Positions 51,395 to 59,999 of a stretch of DNA of 64,000 bases are shown in pieces. The translations under genes and the position numbers were made by a program. The stretch is from a virus (taxonomy: Duplodnaviria > Caudoviricetes): the IMG/VR virus record IMGVR_UViG_3300021124_000001; one strand, written 5' to 3'. Numbering within the stretch: the first letter of the stretch is position 1; every line of letters begins with the position of its first letter. Under the pieces are notes generated by a model. That model saw only the letters and a program-made list of their open reading frames with translations. It was not told the DNA's origin and made no database searches.

Positions 51395-52867
51395 TGTCTG
51401 TCTGGTCAGACTCTTAAAAATGTTCTTCAGTGTCGGATCATCCGTACGAACTGTTACGGAACTGTCCATACTGATCGCAGGAGCAGAAGAACCACCAGAT
51501 GCATTCACAGTCTTAGAATTATCAATCGTGACGATTTTGGCTGTATCCTGGTCAAGATTCATACTAATATTTTGACTGATTGCCGACTGCACACGAGTTC
51601 CTGTAGATGCTGGTGCTGGAGGCATCGGTGCGGCTGTAGTTGGGATAGAATATTGTTCAGCCGACATGGTACCTCGACCGGCACCAGCAGTTGATGGCGT
51701 AACACCGACAGGTAAAGGTGTTGCTTTTGTTGCAGTAACCGTGGGCATGTTACCAGAATTGTATAAGTCTGAAGCCTCGTTCAATAATTCTGGTGGAGGT
51801 TGATTACCTTTACTATCCGCAAATATAAATCTTCCATTTTTCTCCTCACCCTTTTTGGTGTAACCTTTGGAATTCAAGTATTTTTCAATCGCTGATTGTT
51901 TTTTTCTAATCGCAGACTTTAATTTTTCCTGCTTCTGTTCATATTCAGGATCAGAAGAACCTGGCATTTCTGATAGTTGATCTCGATTTTCGGAGTTCTG
52001 TATAGATTCAGTAATTGCTCTGGCTTCTGGTCCACCAAGTTCTTCACTCGAATCTTGTGCGGCACCCATTGCCTTGCCAACGCCAAATTTTATAGCTTCG
52101 GCAATCAATACACCTAATGCTACACCTCCAGCAAGTCTTTGTATGAATGGATTAGCTAACAAACTTTTAAGTAAACCAAAAGCCGCAAGTACACCCTCAC
52201 CAAAAATTTCTTTTATTTTTCCAAAGAAGTCTAATACAGGTTTAAAAAAATCTTTAACTTTTGCTATAGAACCTTCAATAAAATCCATTATATCATCTAA
52301 AAATCCACCCTTTTTGACTGGTGTTGCTGTCGTAGTTTTACTACCAACTCCAGTAAGTGCTTTAATCAATTCAGAATGCCATTTTTCACGTTGCTTCTCT
52401 CTATCAACATTCAAATTCTTATCAATTTCACTTTGTATCTTTAGTTCTTCTGAGTTTGTCTTAATCAAATTATAAATGCGAGCCATCACATCAGCAAGCC
52501 CGTCATTCTTCTTCATACTTCTTTTATCACCCTCAGGTATTTTTGTAACTAGAGGGTTCACCTTCATACTTTCTAGGGCACTAGAACGAACTCTTGCACC
52601 AGTGAAGTATGCAATATCTTCTTCTCTACGGCCAGTCATTTTACCAACAGCATAAGCACCTAGTCTTCCACCAAACATCTTGCCGATGTTCAATGGATCA
52701 AACTTTTCTTTCATACGTGTGAATTTTGCTGTAGTCTTATCTGAGATAGCAGACTTAATAGAACGACCAACGCCTTGACCAGACACGATTCTGTCAACCA
52801 TTAATCTGCCAAGGCCTACATTTTTCAGCCTTTGTGCACGTTGATATGTCATTTTATCGTTTGCCAT
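51392..52867 (-). CDS. Baseplate hub/tape-measure-like protein (gp29-like)
   Basis: Helical and hydrophobic middle region; position after gp26/gp51. Confidence 0.6.
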   Translation of the reverse strand: MANDKMTYQRAQRLKNVGLGRLMVDRIVSGQGVGRSIKSAISDKTTAKFTRMKEKFDPLNIGKMFGGRLGAYAVGKMTGRREEDIAYFTGARVRSSALESMKVNPLVTKIPEGDKRSMKKNDGLADVMARIYNLIKTNSEELKIQSEIDKNLNVDREKQREKWHSELIKALTGVGSKTTTATPVKKGGFLDDIMDFIEGSIAKVKDFFKPVLDFFGKIKEIFGEGVLAAFGLLKSLLANPFIQRLAGGVALGVLIAEAIKFGVGKAMGAAQDSSEELGGPEARAITESIQNSENRDQLSEMPGSSDPEYEQKQEKLKSAIRKKQSAIEKYLNSKGYTKKGEEKNGRFIFADSKGNQPPPELLNEASDLYNSGNMPTVTATKATPLPVGVTPSTAGAGRGTMSAEQYSIPTTAAPMPPAPASTGTRVQSAISQNISMNLDQDTAKIVTIDNSKTVNASGGSSAPAISMDSSVTVRTDDPTLKNIFKSLTRQT

Positions 52868-52868
52868 T

Positions 52869-54293
52869 TTATCCGCCTATGATTGCTGGTCTCTCTGAAG
52901 GTGTTGGTGTTCTAATTGTTTGTGGTGATGAACCACCTGAAGATATGACTGTTGTTTTTGTATTATCTATTGCAACGTTGGTGCCTTTAGTGGATGATTT
53001 TAAATCTTTATTCTCATTGGAAGATTTAATAAGATTTTCACCGGAATCTATTTTAACATTTGGTGATGATAGGAGTTTAGATTCTTTTTTACCTGATCCA
53101 TAACCCTCTCTCTTTTGCATAGCATCTAATATTAATGTTCGCTGTTGTTCATTAAAATCACGCATTCTCATAGTCTTCAATTTTTCTTCAGGAAGACCAA
53201 CAGCATCTCTGACAGCTTTCTGATAAGCAGGAGTATCATTAGCTTTTTCTTTTGCAGGTGCATATCTAGCGATTGCATCATCAATATTTAAATCTCTATA
53301 ATTTTTACCTTCAAAAATCAACTTAGCTTTGGCCGCACGACCAGCTTCATATGTTGGAAAAATTGCAAATCTTTCTTCAGGTGTTTGTGGTTTATTTTTT
53401 CCATGAGCGTACGGAATTGCACCATTCGATAAAGCAAAATCGCCATATTCGATGTTACCTGGATTATTATTTCTCCAGTTCCAAACACCTTCTTTTTTGA
53501 CTATTTCACCAGATTGCAATTCAACTATGTTGTAGCCCTTACCAACTTCAACTATTCTTTTTATTGCTGTTGCGGCCGCGGCACCAATAGCAACACCTGT
53601 AGCTACTTTAGCGGCTGTAGAAACGCCACCAGTAGAAACTGGAGGTTTTGTTGGACTAGCAGACACTGGTTTAGGTGCCGGTGCTTCCACCGGTTTTGCA
53701 GTTGCCGGTTTAGCTGTTGGTGTTTCTGTTGTTGCTGACTTTTGTGCAGGAGCTTCAGCTTTTTTAGCCTCAGGCTCCTTCTTCATGAACCTACCCTTCT
53801 CATCTCTAGGCGGTAATTCTTTTTTAGGCTTTTGAGCCTTTACACCCTTTTTGGCATTCTCGATGGTGGCAATCAGTTCTTCTTGTCTTCTTTGTTCTTC
53901 TTCGAATAGTTCTTGTTCTTTATTTTTATCCAATTCAGAACGCAACTTACGATCTTCTATATCTTGCTTCATTACAGCATAGATTTTTGCACCGATGTTG
54001 GCCGCACTGTCACCTGTTCGTAGTTTAGGCTTGCTAACGGTGACAGCATCAACGTAAAAGTTGGCGTTTACATTACCAACTTTGTTGGCCATATTTGATT
54101 GTGGTGATACTTGCTTAGCCGTTTTCTTACGCTTTGACAAACCTTTTACTATATCTTCCACATTCATTGCAGTTTGTTTCACAATCATATCAACAATTTG
54201 CTTGTCAATAGCGGCTCGTTGGGCTTCCAATTCTTTACTATTTTGGCCTTTCAACTCACCGATTACTGATTCTAATTGTGACTTGTTGTTCAT
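52869..54293 (-). CDS. Tape-measure/hub-like protein with lysozyme-like domain
   Basis: Coiled coil, P/A/T linker, WRNNNPGNI..F.T.EAG..YAP..NDT.AY. Confidence 0.7.
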   Translation of the reverse strand: MNNKSQLESVIGELKGQNSKELEAQRAAIDKQIVDMIVKQTAMNVEDIVKGLSKRKKTAKQVSPQSNMANKVGNVNANFYVDAVTVSKPKLRTGDSAANIGAKIYAVMKQDIEDRKLRSELDKNKEQELFEEEQRRQEELIATIENAKKGVKAQKPKKELPPRDEKGRFMKKEPEAKKAEAPAQKSATTETPTAKPATAKPVEAPAPKPVSASPTKPPVSTGGVSTAAKVATGVAIGAAAATAIKRIVEVGKGYNIVELQSGEIVKKEGVWNWRNNNPGNIEYGDFALSNGAIPYAHGKNKPQTPEERFAIFPTYEAGRAAKAKLIFEGKNYRDLNIDDAIARYAPAKEKANDTPAYQKAVRDAVGLPEEKLKTMRMRDFNEQQRTLILDAMQKREGYGSGKKESKLLSSPNVKIDSGENLIKSSNENKDLKSSTKGTNVAIDNTKTTVISSGGSSPQTIRTPTPSERPAIIGG

Positions 54294-54375
54294 CTACGTT
54301 TTTTTCTTATAAATAATTGTGTATCGCCAGACTCTCACCTCCGCATACACTCTAACACGAAAGAACCGTATCAGC

Positions 54376-54978
54376 ATGACTATTTATCATATAATATATA
54401 AAACTATCCACAAAAACGGAAACTACTATTATGGTCGCCATTCCACCGATAACTTAAATGATGGATATTTGGGTTCTGGTAAATGGGTGAAAAGCATAAA
54501 AAATAAAAAAGAACTTACCCGAGAAATAGTGGAATATGCGGATTCCATAGAGAAATTAAAACACTTAGAGGAAAAATACCTAGATGAACACTACGGTAAA
54601 CCAAATTGTATGAATTGGTCTAAAGGATCACACGGTTTCAAAAAAGGTGATCCTGCAACCAAGCAAATACCTAGAAGGGTGCAGTTGAAGTTGGTAAAAG
54701 AAGGTAAACACCACCTATTAAGTGGTGACGTACAGAGACAACAGTGGAAAAAATATAAAGAATTGGGAATAAATCCTATAACAAATATTCAAAATGTTAC
54801 CGAAAGAGCAAATAGACTAATCAAAGAAGGTAAACACAATTTTCAAAACACATCAAGTCGTGAAAAAGTGGTTTTACATCAAAAAACTGAAAGAGTGTGT
54901 CCACATTGTGGTAAAAATGGAAAAGGCTCAATCATGTTTAGACACCATTTTGAAAAATGCAAATTCAAATCATCTTGA
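54376..54978 (+). mobile_element. Free-standing GIY-YIG (Seg-like) homing endonuclease with C-terminal Zn finger
   Basis: IIYKT..YYYGRHST..DGYLGSG; CPHCG...HF.KC; leader at 54308-54375. Confidence 0.88.
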
Positions 54979-55161
54979 ATTTTGTCGCTCTTTAATCTTG
55001 GCATTTTCTTCTTCAATATATTGAGCAAGCATACTAACGTAAATTTCACGCTCCCATGGCATCATATTTTCTAGCTCCGTCAAACTATACTTGTGATGCT
55101 GAATCAATGCAAAGTTGGTTGTATAATAGTTCCTTAATGTATCATGACGGAAGATTACCCG
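54970..55161 (-). CDS. 51: gp51-like frame, probably reached by -1 frameshift from gp26
   Basis: HDTLRNYYTTNFALIQHHKYSLTELENMMPWEREIY; no ATG or SD before the conserved part; T TTT TTC at 55167-55161. Confidence 0.8.
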   Translation of the reverse strand, partial: RVIFRHDTLRNYYTTNFALIQHHKYSLTELENMMPWEREIYVSMLAQYIEEENAKIKERQNSR

Positions 55162-55877
55162 AAAAAATTTTCGAGACCCTCCACCTCAATCGTATGGTGG
55201 AAACCACACTTACCACAGTCCATCTCAATTGTTTTATTTAATTTAGGTAAATTGTCAAAAAATTCTTCAATCTTACTAAATTGCTCAGTGTTCAATGATT
55301 CTACAAACTCAATTAATTCTTCTCTTGCAACCTCATTCGCATAATAGAATTGTTCACCATCATAAATGTTAACGATACTACTGATAATCATTTCAAACGC
55401 CATATCGGTTGCAGTCTCAATATTCTTTGATGCATCCAACACAGAAAACTTTGGATAGGCCAACTTGATACTGATTCTGTCTGTTAGTTGAATCTCATCT
55501 TTAATATCATTGTGGTCAACTTTAATATCTAACAAATTAAACTTAACATCCATCATATTGCCACAAGCCTTATCGTCTACGATATTCTCACAGCGATATT
55601 TGTTTTCAACAACTTCACCGACCGATCTCGCTCTTAACTGGATGAAATAGTATTCAACGTCCACAATAGGAAGAGAATCAATGTCAACATTCTCTGTCAA
55701 GGTACAGTTATGTAAAACTTGTTTGATGTTCTTTTCCATAGTCTCTTTATCGTCAGATTCCATGGCCATCATTAGGTTACGTTGCTCTTTCACCAGAAAA
55801 GGTCTAAAGCGAATATGCTTCTTAGACAGCGGTAAAGTCAATTCATAGATCGGCGCATCAATTTTTGGTAAAGCCAT
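55155..55877 (-). CDS. 26: Baseplate hub assembly chaperone gp26
   Basis: MALPKI..P.YELTLP, RPFLVKE, LRARSVGE, C.KC....EGL.NFF. Confidence 0.9.
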   Translation of the reverse strand: MALPKIDAPIYELTLPLSKKHIRFRPFLVKEQRNLMMAMESDDKETMEKNIKQVLHNCTLTENVDIDSLPIVDVEYYFIQLRARSVGEVVENKYRCENIVDDKACGNMMDVKFNLLDIKVDHNDIKDEIQLTDRISIKLAYPKFSVLDASKNIETATDMAFEMIISSIVNIYDGEQFYYANEVAREELIEFVESLNTEQFSKIEEFFDNLPKLNKTIEMDCGKCGFHHTIEVEGLENFFG

Positions 55878-55896
55878 TATATCTCCTTCAAATCAA

Positions 55897-56568
55897 TTAG
55901 TAATAAGACTCAAGTTTTGGTCCTTCTTGCAATATTACATTCTTCTCGTTAACAATGTTATTATCTGTAAATCCGGTTAGGCCGCCAGTTGAATTAAGAA
56001 CTTGTGTAATTCCATACTGTAGTGCACTGTCACCAAATTTCTGTATAGAGTTGTTTTGCCAGTATCTGTAAGCGAAGACAACAGTTAATTTGTGGTGTCC
56101 ATCATTAGACCAATCCAAGTCCAATTGGTTGACTGAAACTGGAAACGCATCGATCAGGTTGATGGAGTATGTTAATTTGTTATCAACACCATACTGATTG
56201 ACTGTCAAGGTAGAGATGTAATCATTTCTATAGTTGAAATCAAAAGACATTGTTGGGTTGATGTATTCCATCCATGCATCAAAGAAAATCTTCTCAGACA
56301 TATCATCCGAAACAATGAATGTCATCTCAGACTCATTGTAGTTCGATTGGTAAGCATGTTTTTCGATTGGGTTTGAACCGATTTTCTGGTCTGCTGTTGC
56401 AAAGGTTCTGCTAGGTAACTGAGCAGACTCACAGCGTAATGTCAAATTTCTACTTGTTGACAAATAGTACAACATTGGCAGCGGAGCAGGAATAGTAACA
56501 TCAAACCTATTTGGTCTTGCAATATCGGTCTTAAACGAACCAAGAAAATCTGTAATACTTGATGGCAT
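55897..56568 (-). CDS. Tail-tube-like/baseplate tube initiator (gp54/gp19-like)
   Basis: ARPNRF.V, C.SAQLP, FD.W, DAFP, V.FAYRYW. Confidence 0.8.
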   Translation of the reverse strand: MPSSITDFLGSFKTDIARPNRFDVTIPAPLPMLYYLSTSRNLTLRCESAQLPSRTFATADQKIGSNPIEKHAYQSNYNESEMTFIVSDDMSEKIFFDAWMEYINPTMSFDFNYRNDYISTLTVNQYGVDNKLTYSINLIDAFPVSVNQLDLDWSNDGHHKLTVVFAYRYWQNNSIQKFGDSALQYGITQVLNSTGGLTGFTDNNIVNEKNVILQEGPKLESYY

Positions 56569-56570
56569 TT

Positions 56571-57194
56571 TTATTCTTCTGAGTTAAAGTGTTTCATGTG
56601 ATCTTTCCACTCCAATACCGAATCTCTCCACACTTTTTGTGGTTTTGCACCTCTAAATTGCTGTATTGGTAACATTGTTGCCACATCCCACTCATTCGGT
56701 TGGATTGTCAACATTCTGGAACGAACATGATTAAACAGGTATCGTTTCAGACAAGGCCTAAACTCCGCATACTTCTTGGATGCTTCCAGGATGTCGTAGG
56801 ATATTCTCATACGTCTAATGTCGTTCTCTGCTGTCAACTGTGCATATTTCATCAGTTTGGACAAGAACGCAATACGGAACTTGACTGGTAAATAGTGCAG
56901 ATTCAGACCCATGAAACCATCATTATATCTTTCCAAAATCAAAACCATTGGGAATCTATCCCAATATGGCATGTCTGCCTTGGTTTTAGGATCATAATAG
57001 AAACAATACATCATTCCAATACGAAACTGGGATGTCTGTCTAAATGTTTCTTTATTGATTGTAGATGGTATTGTTGACGGCCTTTTGATCTCGTCAATCT
57101 TTTCCTGCAACCAAGCCACAGCATCACGAGACATAGTTTTATGTCCTGCCGCCGCTTTTTGTTCTGCTAGTGAGGTGAGTTTGGATGTGGTCAT
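56571..57194 (-). CDS. 2: DNA end protector gp2
   Basis: YDPK.K..MPYWD.FP, GLNLHYLP, KRYL..HVRS. Confidence 0.9.
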   Translation of the reverse strand: MTTSKLTSLAEQKAAAGHKTMSRDAVAWLQEKIDEIKRPSTIPSTINKETFRQTSQFRIGMMYCFYYDPKTKADMPYWDRFPMVLILERYNDGFMGLNLHYLPVKFRIAFLSKLMKYAQLTAENDIRRMRISYDILEASKKYAEFRPCLKRYLFNHVRSRMLTIQPNEWDVATMLPIQQFRGAKPQKVWRDSVLEWKDHMKHFNSEE

Positions 57195-57265
57195 TTCTTT
57201 ATAAATAAGTGTGTATCGCCGGTGGTCAGACCGCATACACCCTAACACGAAAGAACCGTATCAGT

Positions 57266-57715
57266 ATGATTATTTATAAGCTATCTCAAAAAGAATTTGA
57301 TTCTTTAAATTTATCACTTTCCAAAGCATTCGATGTCGCATACCAAGAAATGAACGTTGGTGACCAAATTTTTGAAACTTCATCAGTTCCATCCAGTAAC
57401 TGCATATTGAGAGGCGAATCTAGTCCTAGGTGGCGTAAAAAACATTCAGAAGAATCTAAGAAAAAAATGGCGGCCGCAAGATTAGGCAAAAAAGCCACCG
57501 ATGAAACAAGAAAGAAGATGAGTTTAGCTCAATTGGGTAAAAAACAAAGGCCTGAATCTATAGTAAAAATGTTGGAAACTAGAAAAGGTAAACCGGCAGG
57601 CATGAAAGGTAAAAAGAAAATAACTACAGTTTGTCCACACTGTGGTCTAATAGGTGCTAGAAGCTCACTGAAAAGGTATCATTTCGACAACTGCAAATCT
57701 TTAAGAAATTCCTAG
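57266..57715 (+). CDS. Homing-endonuclease-like NUMOD3/Zn-finger protein, no nuclease motif
   Basis: HSEESKKKM, ETRKKMS, CPHCG...RYHFDNC; leader at 57200-57265. Confidence 0.8.
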   Translation: MIIYKLSQKEFDSLNLSLSKAFDVAYQEMNVGDQIFETSSVPSSNCILRGESSPRWRKKHSEESKKKMAAARLGKKATDETRKKMSLAQLGKKQRPESIVKMLETRKGKPAGMKGKKKITTVCPHCGLIGARSSLKRYHFDNCKSLRNS

Positions 57716-58138
57716 TTCTTTTTCTGTCCATATCTGAAATTCCCATCCTCTATCTAGACAAAATTCCTTTGCGGCAGACCATTTGGCTTGATTTACTCCC
57801 CAAGTCATCACCTCATTTAGATACTGTTTGGTCTTTCTTTTGCGCTGAGTGGGTTCTTTTGTTTGTTTAAGTGGCTTAACTTCAATTAGCATAGTTTTTA
57901 ATTTATTATCTTTTGTTCTATATTTCACCAGAAAATCAGGAAAGTAGCGGTGTTTTCTACCATCAACAGGAGATATATAAGGAATGACTAGTTCCTCTGA
58001 CGCCCATGAAATTATATAAGGCTCTTTATCGAGATGTGTCATAACCTTCGCTTCCCAGGTTGAGCGATAAATAATGTTAGTATAGTCACCCACATACTTT
58101 TGTGGATTCTTGGGGATAAATCTTCCAGAATAAGCCAT
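57701..58138 (-). CDS. 4: Head completion nuclease gp4
   Basis: Y.G.F.P.NP.KY.GD, YRS.WE, W.SEE, RYFPDF, EVKP, NQAKW. Confidence 0.92.
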   Translation of the reverse strand: MAYSGRFIPKNPQKYVGDYTNIIYRSTWEAKVMTHLDKEPYIISWASEELVIPYISPVDGRKHRYFPDFLVKYRTKDNKLKTMLIEVKPLKQTKEPTQRKRKTKQYLNEVMTWGVNQAKWSAAKEFCLDRGWEFQIWTEKELGIS

Positions 58139-58170
58139 AAATATATGTATAATCTTTTTTAGAGAACTAA

Positions 58171-59340
58171 ATGGCATCCATATCAATTCCAACATCCGTA
58201 GGTGGTGTAGCACTTCCAGGCAAACTAGGTAGCGTGGCCAGCGGACCATTGGCAGCATTGTATGGCAGCAAAGCACTCACAACACTAAATTATCCTACAG
58301 AGTTGTCTACGGATGCCACAAAATCACATTACGTGACATTTGCCATAAAGCAGGTCGTTCCTGCGACTTATGAGGGTGCAGTTAAAAGTGGTCCTAATTT
58401 GACATTAATTAATGGTAATAGATTAGGTGATGCAATTAGACAAGCGGCTAACACAGAAATTGGTAAAGCTATCGTTAACGGCATAAACACAGTGGCCGGA
58501 AGCGTATCTCCTGAGTTATCGAACTTGGGAGGAACAACAATACAGGGAATTGCTACAGGTTTTGAAGAAGGCATAGCCATCAAACCATCTGTTGTAAATT
58601 TAGGTGCAGTTATCTCTTTGTATATGCCAGATAGCCTAGTTGCACAATATAATGCACAGTATAATGAAGTTAACTTGACTGATGAATTAGGTTCAACAAT
58701 CAACACACTCAGAGCAATCGATCAATTGGCAGGTAAGGGCATCGATGCCGCATCAGGTGGTGGTGTAGATGTGCAGACAGCAAAAAAAGTTTGGGGTTCT
58801 ATTTCTACAGACCCGGCAGCCATTGGGCTGATTACAAATACTATAAGTGGTAAGTTTGGAACAGGTGCAGAACTCGGTAATATATTACTACAAGGCCAAG
58901 GTTATGCTGTCAACCCACAAGTACAAATGTTGTACAAAGGTTTAGGCATGAGAAGTTTCTCTTTGTCTTTTGTTTTTAGCCCAAAGTCACAACAAGAAGC
59001 AAAAACTGTCAACGAGATCATTCACACCTTTAAATTCCATGCGGCACCAACACTCACATCTGGTGCAACAGTATCGAGCCAAAGCATGTATTTGATTCCT
59101 CCTTCTCTATTTTCTATTTCTTTTATGTCTAAAGGAAAAGAAAATACATTCTTGCCGAAGTATGCAGATTGTGTGCTTGAGGGAATCGATGTTAACTTTG
59201 CTCCAAATGGCTTTGCGGCTCACACTGATGGTGCACCAGTACAAACAACACTAACATTACAATTTAGAGAAACTGAAATTGTTGATAGAGCAAGACTACA
59301 AAAAGGTTTCAACAATAGCGATGCTACAGGCCTAAGATAA
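58171..59340 (+). CDS. 48: Baseplate tail-tube cap gp48
   Basis: LYMP, NP...LY.G..R.F..F.F.PKS..EA, L.F.E.E; CATAAATA upstream. Confidence 0.85.
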   Translation: MASISIPTSVGGVALPGKLGSVASGPLAALYGSKALTTLNYPTELSTDATKSHYVTFAIKQVVPATYEGAVKSGPNLTLINGNRLGDAIRQAANTEIGKAIVNGINTVAGSVSPELSNLGGTTIQGIATGFEEGIAIKPSVVNLGAVISLYMPDSLVAQYNAQYNEVNLTDELGSTINTLRAIDQLAGKGIDAASGGGVDVQTAKKVWGSISTDPAAIGLITNTISGKFGTGAELGNILLQGQGYAVNPQVQMLYKGLGMRSFSLSFVFSPKSQQEAKTVNEIIHTFKFHAAPTLTSGATVSSQSMYLIPPSLFSISFMSKGKENTFLPKYADCVLEGIDVNFAPNGFAAHTDGAPVQTTLTLQFRETEIVDRARLQKGFNNSDATGLR

Positions 59341-59999
59341 TGAAATACTTTCAAAGTTTTCCACAGATAGCAACAATAGACTACGTAGGAAACAACGTAG
59401 TTCTAACAAACATCATGTTGCGTTCCGAGATTGTTCCAAGTCTATTGAACAATCCATTGTTGTTTTATAGCTATGACATCCAAGAAGGTGATACACCAGA
59501 GATCATTGCTGAGAAGTATTATGGTGATTCTTATCGTTACTGGATTGTCTTGTTCGCAAATCAAATCATTGATCCACAATGGAATTGGCCAATGAGTCCA
59601 AATCTATTCCAAGATTACATTGTTGACAAGTATACACCTGCAACAGCAAATGCATTACACATTTCTGCAAATACGGTAACACCATCTCAAGTTATGGCCT
59701 ATACTCAGGGCACAATACAAAACTATGTTAAGTCTGTAACTGTATCTGATAACCTTTCACAGACACCAAACACCACAATTTATATAATTGATTCTGCCGC
59801 ATATGCTAATGTTCCAGTAAACACAAGTCAGGCTTCTTTCCCTGGTGGTGCAGTCGTATCACAAGTGACAAACAAGTACACACAGTCAATTTATGATTAT
59901 GAGTTGCAACAGAATGAAGCTAAACGCAACATTAGTTTGGTGAATTCGATTTATGTTTCACAATTTGAAAAACAATTTACTTCTCTAATGAGTCAATAA
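59340..59999 (+). CDS. 53: Baseplate wedge gp53
   Basis: MKYF..FP, GDTPE.IA..YYG...YW, DP...WP, NE.KR.I. Confidence 0.88.
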   Translation: MKYFQSFPQIATIDYVGNNVVLTNIMLRSEIVPSLLNNPLLFYSYDIQEGDTPEIIAEKYYGDSYRYWIVLFANQIIDPQWNWPMSPNLFQDYIVDKYTPATANALHISANTVTPSQVMAYTQGTIQNYVKSVTVSDNLSQTPNTTIYIIDSAAYANVPVNTSQASFPGGAVVSQVTNKYTQSIYDYELQQNEAKRNISLVNSIYVSQFEKQFTSLMSQ

